Source of the DNA: an uncultured Candidatus Saccharibacteria bacterium
GTDB taxonomy: Bacteria; Patescibacteriota; Saccharimonadia; Saccharimonadales; JAGQNJ01
Length of the DNA stretch: 64,000 nucleotides
Direction: 5' to 3'
Assembly (NCBI GenBank): GCA_964510945.1
Contig: CAZEED010000002.1
Span: forward strand, 16,924 to 80,923
Positions 46,207 through 54,412 of this stretch are shown here, piece by piece. The number at the start of each line of letters is the position of its first letter. Within the stretch, counting starts at the first letter, position 1. The translations under genes were made by a program, and so were the position numbers. The notes beneath the pieces were generated by a model. That model saw only the letters and a program-made list of their open reading frames with translations. It searched no databases and was not told the origin of the DNA.

Positions 46207-46895
46207 TTAATTAAATCAATAAAAATATTGCCAGATTCAGGACGATCATTTGGATCTGGCCTATACTCTTTTGGTATATCATTTGCTTGGGATTGATTTC
46301 TCTTTTGAACAATCACTTTTGAATACCCTACAATTTCAGCAAGCTCTTTAAGCATGTTTTTAGTTAAGACGTTTTTATGCACATGATGATCCCACTCGTA
46401 TTGATAGACACCCCTAAAACCCTTCTTGAAATTTGAATTAAGTTTCATTGAGCTGGATAAATCTGGAGTATTTATCCTGTGCACCCCGCCTTTTTTTAGC
46501 AATCTATATGTTTCGGCCAAAAAAAGAATTTGTTCTTTTTGATCTAAGTGTTCTAGAAAATCCTCATGAAAAACTACGGCAACAGACTTGTCAGCGAGAG
46601 GAAGTGGTTGTTGTGTTATATCTATCGCAAAAAACTCAGATTTTTTACCTCTTATCTCTGGACCATAAAATTCATCCTTGTAATATTGTAGATACTGCTC
46701 ATAAGGCTCAAATGCTAGATCTATATTAATCCAACCCTTTAGAACTCGGGGGCCCGAACCAATGTGCAATTTTAAATTTGTTTTATGCCTATTCCCGTAC
46801 TTTTTTAGCCTATCAAAATCTGAGAGTACTCGTGGACTTTTCGCTTCTTCTTTTCTATTGGTTATATTAATAACTTTTTTTAAGTATGTTTTCAT
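46203..46895 (-). CDS. class I SAM-dependent methyltransferase
   Basis: LHIGSGPRVLKGWINIDL (motif I) and LKKGGVHRINTPDL. Paralogous pattern to the divergent gene at 47003. Confidence 0.7.
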   Translation of the reverse strand: MKTYLKKVINITNRKEEAKSPRVLSDFDRLKKYGNRHKTNLKLHIGSGPRVLKGWINIDLAFEPYEQYLQYYKDEFYGPEIRGKKSEFFAIDITQQPLPLADKSVAVVFHEDFLEHLDQKEQILFLAETYRLLKKGGVHRINTPDLSSSMKLNSNFKKGFRGVYQYEWDHHVHKNVLTKNMLKELAEIVGYSKVIVQKRNQSQANDIPKEYRPDPNDRPESGNIFIDLIK

Positions 46896-47002
46896 TCTAT
46901 ATATAATACAGCAGTTAGCAGTCTTGGATAATTATTTAAATAAATCAAATACTGAATTCTGTATAATAAAAACATCAGTATACTATTAACGAGGGAGATT
47001 TG

Positions 47003-47653
47003 ATGACTAGATTACACTTAGGATGTGGTGAAAATTATTTGAAAGGATATGTAAATATTGATTTTCCTCCTACAAAACACACAATTCAAAAATCATCGAT
47101 TGCTGATAAGTACGCTGATTTAAAAACCCTAAGATATCCAGCCAAATCTGTAAACGAGATAAGGCTACACCATACGTTCGAACATTTTATAAGATCAGAA
47201 GCCATTGCTTTATTCGCAAGTTGGCATAGCTGGCTAAAGCCCGGAGGTAAGATACATATAGAGGTTCCTGATTTCGAAGCAACTTCAAAACTAATCTTAA
47301 AATTCTTAACAAAAGATCATGACAAAAAAGTTGCTATTCGACATATCTTTGGGTCAAACGAAGCTGAATGGGCAACTCATTACGACGGCTGGTCCGCTAA
47401 AAGACTCGAAGAAATATGTAAATTATTTGGATTCCAGGTATTAGAGATGAATAAATCGGCATATTTATCTACAAGAAACATAACTGTAATAGCAAAGAAA
47501 GTGGGTCCTAGTCAAAAGAAAGACATATTGATAGAAAAAGCTCGTGGCTACCTGTTGGGATTCTGCGTTGACGATAGCGAAATTGAACAACGCTTGCTAG
47601 ATGTATGGATGAAACAATTCAAGAACCAGCTACAAAAAACTCTAGCAACTTAA
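47003..47653 (+). CDS. class I SAM-dependent methyltransferase
   Basis: LHLGCGENYLKGYVNIDF and LKPGGKIHIEVPDF. ATG 47003 is preferred over TTG 47000 because GAGGGAG lies 5 nt upstream of the ATG. Confidence 0.7.
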   Translation: MTRLHLGCGENYLKGYVNIDFPPTKHTIQKSSIADKYADLKTLRYPAKSVNEIRLHHTFEHFIRSEAIALFASWHSWLKPGGKIHIEVPDFEATSKLILKFLTKDHDKKVAIRHIFGSNEAEWATHYDGWSAKRLEEICKLFGFQVLEMNKSAYLSTRNITVIAKKVGPSQKKDILIEKARGYLLGFCVDDSEIEQRLLDVWMKQFKNQLQKTLAT

Positions 47654-47680
47654 TTGTGTCATGAAAAATGTTGAGTCATT

Positions 47681-48607
47681 ATGCAAAAATTAACAATCCT
47701 TATTACTGGGATAAATGGTTTTGTTGGTCATCATCTTGCAAGAGAACTTAGTGGCAGAGGTTATGAAGTTTTTGGAACTGGGATGGAGCAAGATCTTGAG
47801 TCTTCTTTAAAGCCTATAGTTGCCAAATATTTTGGTGATTGTGATTTAACAAGTAAGGAAGCTTTAGACAAAATCCCACTTAGTAATATTTGTGCAGTAA
47901 TCAACCTCGCTGGACTCGCCGGAGTCGGCCCTTCATATCAACAAAAAGAAAAGTACATGCGTATAAATGTTGAGGTCCATACAAGATTAGTTGAAAGTAT
48001 TTTATCTCGCAATCTCCAGAATCAAATTAGAGTTGTAGCCGTTAGTACTGGTGCGGTCTACGATAGCGTTCAACCTATGCCCCTCACAGAAAGTTCAAAG
48101 TTAAATAATGAAGGCTCGCCATACGCCCAAAGCAAAATAGCTATGGAAAAGAAGTTAAGGGCATATATATCTAAAGGGGTTGATATTATAATTGCCCGAC
48201 CCTTTAATCACATTGGCCCGGGCCAACAAAATGGATTTTTAATACCAGACCTTATCGACCAATTATCTAAAGGCAATTCCGTAACCGTCGGAAGTCTTGA
48301 AACAAAACGTGACTATACGGACGTTCGTGATGTAGTTAGGGCCTACGCTATTTTAGCGACACAAAAAAAACTTGGGCATAGACTATACAATATCTGCTCT
48401 GGAAAAAGTGTCTCTGGTGAAGAGATCTTATTAAGACTAACTAATTTATTCAACAGACATGACTTAGAGATAACAGTAGACAAGTCACGTATGAGGCCAA
48501 ACGACCCAAAAGATCTTTATGGGAGCTACAAGCTCCTAAATACTGACACTGATTGGCAACCAAGTATTAATCTAGAAAGAACTTTAACGGATTTAGTGAG
48601 ACAATAA
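47681..48607 (+). CDS. rmd: NAD-dependent SDR, GDP-4-keto-6-deoxy-D-mannose reductase (Rmd)-like
   Basis: ILITGINGFVGHHLARELSGRGYEVFG, YAQSKIAMEK (YxxxK), ARPFNHIGPGQQNGFLIPDL. The FNHIGPGQ motif is as I recall it for Rmd enzymes. gmd is nearby. Confidence 0.6.
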   Translation: MQKLTILITGINGFVGHHLARELSGRGYEVFGTGMEQDLESSLKPIVAKYFGDCDLTSKEALDKIPLSNICAVINLAGLAGVGPSYQQKEKYMRINVEVHTRLVESILSRNLQNQIRVVAVSTGAVYDSVQPMPLTESSKLNNEGSPYAQSKIAMEKKLRAYISKGVDIIIARPFNHIGPGQQNGFLIPDLIDQLSKGNSVTVGSLETKRDYTDVRDVVRAYAILATQKKLGHRLYNICSGKSVSGEEILLRLTNLFNRHDLEITVDKSRMRPNDPKDLYGSYKLLNTDTDWQPSINLERTLTDLVRQ

Positions 48608-48612
48608 TAGAT

Positions 48613-49557
48613 ATGAATCGCCCCGAGCTACTAAAAATTATTAAGGCAGAGATTAAAAACCGTGGCTACGAAATTGAGTCTGACTCTGTCGATGGCAAGA
48701 ACCAAAGCCGCTTTATCCACCTTGTTATCAGCAAGGATAATGTAAAATATTTTGCCAAGGCTAATCTTCGCATCGCTCAACTTTATGACCTTAGAAATGA
48801 AGGGCTTTCCGAACATTTGCCAGGCGGAAAAAACTATAGTGTGGTAAAACCATTTGAAAAAATTAATCTTGGCAATAATATAGAGCTTTTCATATATCCA
48901 TATATATCTCATAAATCAATTAGCTCAGAAGCAAGTGATTTTGCTGATTTTCTTGTGAACAAAACAGATCTAAATAGCCTCTTCCGGGCGGCGAACGAAA
49001 TGATAATTGCCGTTGAATCATCGTCTTTATACAGCTACAGAGACCCTCGTTCGCCCTTCTTAGACATCAACAAACAACTTGTCGATTGGCTATTAATAAT
49101 TGATCCGGGCGAAACTACTGCAATTTCTGCCTTACAGCTTCTTGGGCAAGCATTATCTAAAAAGATCGATTTAGCTCCAGCAATAGCTGACCTCCAACCA
49201 CAAAATCTTTTTTGGGACCCCGATAATAAACATCTTTACCTCATTGACCTAGAGGCGATGCATAATATGCCCCCTAGTTATGATTTCGCGAAATTTGCCT
49301 CTTCTATTTATATAGTTTGTGGCCAAACTAAAGTAGCTCTTGAATGGATTCAATACCACATCAACAATATTATTATTGAGAGTTCAACCCGACGAATAAG
49401 CTTAACCGTTCAACTTAATAACATGCTTCTATGGACTGGCGTGGAGTTCTATGTATATTTTATTAGAGTCGGCGATCAGAAACGTCAACAGCTTGCTTTA
49501 GACTTCTTGCAGTGGGGTCTGTCTGACTTTATTAAAATGGCCAATAACACAGTTTAG
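48613..49557 (+). CDS. protein-kinase-like/aminoglycoside-phosphotransferase-fold protein (putative sugar or glycan kinase)
   Basis: IADLQPQNLFWDPDNKHLYLIDLEAMH resembles the (H)xDxxxxN catalytic loop plus the IDxE metal-binding motif of APH/choline-kinase-like kinases. VKYFAKA is a possible ATP-binding Lys. Confidence 0.5.
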   Translation: MNRPELLKIIKAEIKNRGYEIESDSVDGKNQSRFIHLVISKDNVKYFAKANLRIAQLYDLRNEGLSEHLPGGKNYSVVKPFEKINLGNNIELFIYPYISHKSISSEASDFADFLVNKTDLNSLFRAANEMIIAVESSSLYSYRDPRSPFLDINKQLVDWLLIIDPGETTAISALQLLGQALSKKIDLAPAIADLQPQNLFWDPDNKHLYLIDLEAMHNMPPSYDFAKFASSIYIVCGQTKVALEWIQYHINNIIIESSTRRISLTVQLNNMLLWTGVEFYVYFIRVGDQKRQQLALDFLQWGLSDFIKMANNTV

Positions 49558-50006
49558 CTGTTTTGTTTGTAGAGTTCGAAATAGTATTGATACATTGCCC
49601 CAATCGGCTCTGGACACTTATTTGAAATACTTATATTACTAAAATGTTGTTTGTTATATTCTAGCTTTTCGCTACCACTTAGTCTGAATAAATAGCCTGT
49701 TGATAAGTCCTGTCTGTCATGCTCTGTTTTAAACTTGGCTGTATATTGTCCTAGATATATCCCTTGCGTTCCATCAATATTTAGACCTAGCTCTTCTTTA
49801 GCAATTCTCTGCAAGGTTTCTTCTATGTCTTCGCCTTTATACATACGTAGCCCAGGCAGAGCCCAAACATTCTCATACGGAGTTATGGTACGTTTTAAAA
49901 AAATTACGCCCTGGTCTCCATATTCAAACAAAATATCAAATGTGGGTATAACTGACCATTCCAGCAGTTGTTCGAATATTTCTCGTGGGGCAAATTTCTT
50001 TTGCAT
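49554..50006 (-). CDS. NUDIX hydrolase (GDP-mannose mannosyl hydrolase Gmm/WcaH-like)
   Basis: Nudix box PGLRMYKGEDIEETLQRIAKEELGL. 7 nt downstream of gmd, as in gmd-fcl-gmm clusters. Confidence 0.7.
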   Translation of the reverse strand: MQKKFAPREIFEQLLEWSVIPTFDILFEYGDQGVIFLKRTITPYENVWALPGLRMYKGEDIEETLQRIAKEELGLNIDGTQGIYLGQYTAKFKTEHDRQDLSTGYLFRLSGSEKLEYNKQHFSNISISNKCPEPIGAMYQYYFELYKQNS

Positions 50007-50013
50007 AAATCGA

Positions 50014-50994
50014 TTATTGCTCTTTTTTTAGGTCATAGTCGACCATCAGTTTCACTAGACCAGCAAAGTCAACTTCGCGTTTCCAGCCAAGCTCTTTCTC
50101 GGCTTTCGTTGGATCTCCAAGTAGCACGTCTACTTCAGCTGGGCGCATAAACCTTTGGTCTTGCTTAACGTACGGTTTCCAGTCATCTATTCCAATCTCT
50201 TTGAATGCAAGGCTCAAAAAATCTTCAATTGAATGTGTCTCGCCAGTTGCTAATACATAATCGCCTGGTTTGTCCTGTTGAAGCATTCGCCACATTCCCT
50301 CTACATAATCACCCGCATACCCCCAATCGCGTTTGGCGTCTAAATTACCGAGTATGATATCTTTCTGTTTGCCTAGCTTAATCCTAGCTACCGAGTTGCT
50401 GATCTTTCGCGTCACAAACTCAAGACCTCTATACTCACCTTCGTGGTTAAACAAAATTCCACAATTAATATGCATTCCGTAACTCTCTCGATAATTAACA
50501 GCTATCCAATGTCCGTAAAGTTTTGCGACACCGTATGGGGAACGTGGATGAAATGTAGATTTTTCTGTATATCCAGTTGCTGGACGATTATAGTCTAGTC
50601 CTCCAAACATTTCACTAGTACTAGCCTGATAAAATTTAATCTTTTTTTCTCCACCACTCAACCTGATAGCTTCTAGCATATTGAGTACGCCTTTACCGGT
50701 AACCTCAGCTGTTAGGATAGGGTCTTTAAAGGAATACCCGACGTGGCTAATTGCCCCTAAATTATAGATCTCGTCAGGCTGTGATTCATCAATTGCCCTC
50801 TGCAAAGACGACAGGTCAGTTAAATCTCCTTCGATAAATTTTACAAAGGGGAACAGCATAGCAACTTCATCTTTGCGTGGATTTTGTTGTCCTCGGATTA
50901 GCCCAAAAACTTCGTAGCCTTTTGAATGCAATAACTTCGCCAGATGCTTACCGTCTTGTCCAGTTATACCAGTTATTAATGTATGCTTCGACAT
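50014..50994 (-). CDS. gmd: GDP-mannose 4,6-dehydratase
   Basis: HTLITGITGQDGKHLAKLLHSKGYEVFGLIR, YGVAKLYGHWIAVNYRESYGMH, ILFNHEGEYRG. Start moved to ATG 50994 (MSKHTL...), as the 30-aa ORF-track extension is not Gmd-like. Confidence 0.9.
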   Translation of the reverse strand: MSKHTLITGITGQDGKHLAKLLHSKGYEVFGLIRGQQNPRKDEVAMLFPFVKFIEGDLTDLSSLQRAIDESQPDEIYNLGAISHVGYSFKDPILTAEVTGKGVLNMLEAIRLSGGEKKIKFYQASTSEMFGGLDYNRPATGYTEKSTFHPRSPYGVAKLYGHWIAVNYRESYGMHINCGILFNHEGEYRGLEFVTRKISNSVARIKLGKQKDIILGNLDAKRDWGYAGDYVEGMWRMLQQDKPGDYVLATGETHSIEDFLSLAFKEIGIDDWKPYVKQDQRFMRPAEVDVLLGDPTKAEKELGWKREVDFAGLVKLMVDYDLKKEQ

Positions 50995-51016
50995 ATGTTC
51001 TATATACCTCACTTTA

Positions 51017-51244
51017 CTAGTTATTATTAGCGGTAAGTTGTTCTTCATCAAAAGGCACAACGTCAACTTCGATACCTTCTCCAATACCTTTGTGGTCTAT
51101 TCCAATTGATCTTCGATATTGGATCAAGGCAGCCGTGTACTGCCCGACAAAGGCTGATCGGTCTTCAGTAGTATCACCGCACGGACTAACCTCATCAACA
51201 AAACTATTAAATGATGGTGGACGAGATGATGGTGCTGTCTCCAT
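51017..51244 (-). CDS. small hypothetical protein (75 aa)
   Basis: ATG preceded by AAGGAG at 5-nt spacing, 22 nt upstream of gmd, non-repetitive composition. No family recognised. Confidence 0.4.
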   Translation of the reverse strand: METAPSSRPPSFNSFVDEVSPCGDTTEDRSAFVGQYTAALIQYRRSIGIDHKGIGEGIEVDVVPFDEEQLTANNN

Positions 51245-51287
51245 GTTTCTCCTTCGTTAGTAATATGCAGTATAGTATAAAATAGTC

Positions 51288-52379
51288 ATGAAGCATATTG
51301 TTATTGATGCGCGGGAATCGGGGACCAGTACGGGTCGATATATCGATAAATTAATTGAATATCTTTATATTGCAAAGCCTAGTTATAAGATCACCGTTCT
51401 AACAACAAAAAAACGTGTTGATTTTTTGCATTCAATTGCACCTAAGTTTAATATCATAACCTCGTCAGTTAAAGAGTTCACATTTGCGGAACAGACGCGT
51501 TTACTAAAACAAATTAGAGGTCTTAAACCGGATTTAGTTCATTTTGGTATGACGCAACAACCAATCCTTTATCGCGGCAAAACCGTAACTACCATCCATG
51601 ATCTGACTACCGCCAGATTTAAAAACCCTGCTAAGAATCCGCTAGTTTTTTGGATCAAACAAAAAGTCTACCGTATCGTCATAAAAATCGTGGCGCGCAA
51701 ATCTGAAGTTATCATCACACCATCTGAATACGTTAAAGATGATGTGGCAAAATTTGCCAAGATTAACTCTAGAAAAGTCGAAGTTACCTATGAGTCGGCA
51801 GATAAAATTACCGACCCGCCAGAGCCAATAGAAGATCTAGTTGATCAAAAATTCTTACTATATGTTGGTAGGCCCCAACCTCATAAGAATCTCGACAGGT
51901 TGGTCGAAGCTTTCGCTTCCTTGTCTAATAAGCACCCCGATCTATACTTGGTACTAGCCGGCAAGAAAGACGCCCTCTATTGGCAATTAGAAAAAAATGT
52001 AAAAGCCCGGAATTTAGAAAATGTAATCTTTACGGATTTTGTATCAGAAGCTCAATTAAGATGGTTGTATGAAAATACGGCATGCTATGTTTTTCCGTCA
52101 CTAAGTGAGGGCTTTGGCCTGCCCGCGCTTGAGGCCATGGCGCACGGCGCACCGGTGGCATCTAGTAACGCTACTTGCCTGCCAGAAATCTATAAAGACT
52201 CGGCTGAGTATTTTACCCCTACCGATATCGATTCAATGACCACAGCTATAGAAAAAGTTTTAACTAATAAAAAGTTCTCAGACAAACTTAGCAAGAGTGG
52301 TAAAAAACTCGCCTCTAGTTATTCTTGGCAGCGTATGGCCAAACAAACCCTAGATATATACAAGTCAACCCTAGATTGA
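51288..52379 (+). CDS. glycosyltransferase family 4
   Basis: YVFPSLSEGFGLPALEAMAHGAPVASSNATCLPEIY (E-x7-E). Confidence 0.85.
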   Translation: MKHIVIDARESGTSTGRYIDKLIEYLYIAKPSYKITVLTTKKRVDFLHSIAPKFNIITSSVKEFTFAEQTRLLKQIRGLKPDLVHFGMTQQPILYRGKTVTTIHDLTTARFKNPAKNPLVFWIKQKVYRIVIKIVARKSEVIITPSEYVKDDVAKFAKINSRKVEVTYESADKITDPPEPIEDLVDQKFLLYVGRPQPHKNLDRLVEAFASLSNKHPDLYLVLAGKKDALYWQLEKNVKARNLENVIFTDFVSEAQLRWLYENTACYVFPSLSEGFGLPALEAMAHGAPVASSNATCLPEIYKDSAEYFTPTDIDSMTTAIEKVLTNKKFSDKLSKSGKKLASSYSWQRMAKQTLDIYKSTLD

Positions 52380-52408
52380 TTGACGTCTAGACGCTAAAAC
52401 GCTATAAT
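52380..52408 (+). promoter_or_regulatory. promoter TTGACG-17nt-TATAAT with embedded 10-bp palindrome (putative antitoxin operator), leaderless-type
   Basis: TTGACG 52380-52385, 17-nt spacer, TATAAT 52403-52408, 6 nt (gtcatt), ATG 52415. A perfect palindrome CGTCTAGACG at 52384-52393 overlaps the -35 and spacer. Confidence 0.6.
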
Positions 52409-52414
52409 GTCATT

Positions 52415-52648
52415 ATGAGCAGTAATGATACTAAAACCACGCTTTACCTGAGCCCTAATGTACGACGAGCGTTAAAAAAACGCGTCGTAGACACCAATCA
52501 AACGATGTCTGAATACGTCAATCGAGCTGTAGCATTTGCCATCGCCGAAGATCTAGAAGACATAGAGGCCATAGAAGAACGTCGTAATGAACCGACAGAA
52601 TCACTAGATAATTTTTTAGAATCACTGAAAAAAGATGGCCTTATATAA
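52415..52648 (+). CDS. type II antitoxin, ribbon-helix-helix (RelB/ParD/CopG-like)
   Basis: 77 aa. The TLYLSPNVRRALKKRVVDTNQTMSEYVNRAVAFAI beta-alpha-alpha pattern is RHH-like. Overlaps the RelE-like gene by 14 nt. Confidence 0.7.
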   Translation: MSSNDTKTTLYLSPNVRRALKKRVVDTNQTMSEYVNRAVAFAIAEDLEDIEAIEERRNEPTESLDNFLESLKKDGLI

Positions 52649-52898
52649 GGTTGAAATTAATCGGCGGGTTAGAAAGAAAGACCTCCCTGCCATACCCTCA
52701 AAAGCTAGAGCAAGAATTGTGCTACGTATAAAAAAATTAGCTCAAGATCCATTCCCGACAGATTCTATAAGGCTAAAAGGGCGTAACGAACGGCGTATCA
52801 GACAAGGCGATTATAGAATCCTTTACTTAGTGCAAGAAGATATTGTGACTGTATTCGTCATTAAAGTTGGGCATCGTAAAGAGATTTATCGAAAATAG
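52635..52898 (+). CDS. relE: type II toxin, RelE/ParE family
   Basis: 87 aa. KLAQDPFP...LKGRNERRIRQGDYRILYLVQEDIVTVFVIKVGHRKEIYR is the typical RelE/ParE C-terminal pattern. Confidence 0.8.
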   Translation: MALYKVEINRRVRKKDLPAIPSKARARIVLRIKKLAQDPFPTDSIRLKGRNERRIRQGDYRILYLVQEDIVTVFVIKVGHRKEIYRK

Positions 52899-52901
52899 GT
52901 G

Positions 52902-53372
52902 TTAATCTTCTTTGGGCTTGATGATAACGTGGCGTTCTCGGCCTTCTCCGGCTGACTCTGAGCTCAAACCTTCATCATCGGCTAACTTATGGATTGTCCG
53001 CCTATCAGCGGCGTTCATTGGACGTAGAGACATTGGTTCTTTGGATTCTTTAACTTTATTGACCCACTCTTGTGCGTGAGTTGTAAGTTGTTCAGCCCGC
53101 TGTTTTTTGTAATCAGCAATGTCCACATGTACTCTGCTCTGCTCAAATCCTTGACTACGCAGTGCATTGGATACCATGAATTGAATCGCGCGAATTGTTT
53201 CGCCTCGCGCTCCGATCAAAAAGCCATTAAGATGCGTTGAAGGGACATGAAGCTCGATGATGTCATCTTCATTTACCGTGGCGTGTACATCAGTATTTAG
53301 ACCAAAAAACGATAACATATCCTCTAGGTACTTCTGTGCGTATATTGACGCTTCTTCCATAGTTCCGCTCAT
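52902..53372 (-). CDS. khpB: KH + R3H RNA-binding protein (Jag/KhpB-like, short form)
   Basis: KH-like GFLIGARGETIRAIQFMV and R3H PMNAADRRTIHKLADDEGLSSESAGEGRERHVIIKP. 4-nt overlap with yidC, in the classical position. Confidence 0.8.
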   Translation of the reverse strand: MSGTMEEASIYAQKYLEDMLSFFGLNTDVHATVNEDDIIELHVPSTHLNGFLIGARGETIRAIQFMVSNALRSQGFEQSRVHVDIADYKKQRAEQLTTHAQEWVNKVKESKEPMSLRPMNAADRRTIHKLADDEGLSSESAGEGRERHVIIKPKED

Positions 53373-54295
53373 CGTTTCTTCCTCCTCTTCTTATTTTTAG
53401 CTTTTTTCGGTACAGGTTTAGTTACGACTTCAGCTTCCTGGGCGACCTTAGCCCGCTGTTTAGCAGAAGGCTTGTCAGCAATTTCTTCTAGTTCTTCCTC
53501 GTCTTTATTTAATACCCTGCCCTGCTGGAATACGGCAACTAGTCCGCTGGTGAACCAGTACAGCGATAGGGCGGCCGGCAAACCAATGGTAAATATAAAG
53601 ATCATGCCCGGGATCAAGAATTTGGTGCTACGTCCTACGGCCGAGTTAACTTCCGACTGATCAGCTTGTTGGCCAGTGCCAGCGTCTTTAAGAATATCGC
53701 GCAGTTTACGAGCATTCTTATCAGTCGGCATCAACTGCTTGCTTTGATAATATTGCGTTATAGCACTACCAGCTACCAACAAAAAAGCGGGGAAATAAAA
53801 CCCCTCTGGACCAACTGCGGGTCGAGTTAAATCTATCAAACCAACAAATGAAGAGTCGAAGCGTGAGATGTCCACCGCTAAATCTTTAATTGCACCAAGG
53901 TTATGTATGACTGGGTAGGTAAAATCAACTAGGCTTTTTGGATCGTTAATTATCCGATGAAGTACGCTATATAGTGACAGAAATATTGGAAGCTGTACTA
54001 GTAACAGGCCAATAGATGCAAATGGATTAATCTCTTTTTCTTTATATAGCGCCATGACCATAGTAGATTCTTTGGCACGGTCACCTTTGGCTTCTTTTTT
54101 AATTCGTTTTAGCTCGGGCTGAAGATCACGCATGGCTTTAGCGTGGTGTAGTTGTTTTTTAACCAAAGGCCACATCGCAAGTCTAACCAGTACTGTGAAA
54201 ATAATTATAACTACACCAAAGTTATGACCAGGTAGTATGGCGTAGATAAGTACCAGCAGGTTAAATATCGGCTGGACTATTAGCGTAGTAAACAT
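53369..54295 (-). CDS. yidC: membrane protein insertase YidC (short Gram-positive/Oxa1-like form with basic tail)
   Basis: GVVIIIFTVLVRLAMWPL, LQPELKRIKKE, NPFASIGLLLVQLPIFLSLY; C-terminal KPVPKKAKNKKRRKKR. Confidence 0.9.
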   Translation of the reverse strand: MFTTLIVQPIFNLLVLIYAILPGHNFGVVIIIFTVLVRLAMWPLVKKQLHHAKAMRDLQPELKRIKKEAKGDRAKESTMVMALYKEKEINPFASIGLLLVQLPIFLSLYSVLHRIINDPKSLVDFTYPVIHNLGAIKDLAVDISRFDSSFVGLIDLTRPAVGPEGFYFPAFLLVAGSAITQYYQSKQLMPTDKNARKLRDILKDAGTGQQADQSEVNSAVGRSTKFLIPGMIFIFTIGLPAALSLYWFTSGLVAVFQQGRVLNKDEEELEEIADKPSAKQRAKVAQEAEVVTKPVPKKAKNKKRRKKR

Positions 54296-54412
54296 AAAAT
54301 CTCCTTGATCCTCTTTCTGCCACCGCGAGCTCTCTTTTTGGCCGCTTTAACTATAGATTTAATTGCAGAAAAGGCTAGTTACATAATAACACGTCACGCT
54401 ACTACAAATTGT

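Noticed and set aside
25342-50006. AT-rich island as a mobile element or prophage
   Set aside because: No integrase, transposase, tRNA target, direct repeats at the borders or phage structural genes. The content is entirely glycan biosynthesis, so cassette exchange by flanking homology is the more economical reading.
51245-51287. Leaderless-type promoter for the GT4 gene at 51288
   Set aside because: Several overlapping TA-rich hexamers (TATAGT, TAGTAT, TAAAAT) give ambiguous spacing (4-11 nt) and no clear -35, so it is not counted among the leaderless examples.
54296-54412. yidD (membrane protein insertion efficiency factor) between rnpA and yidC
   Set aside because: The 117-nt gap has no open frame of useful length on the minus strand (stops within a few codons).
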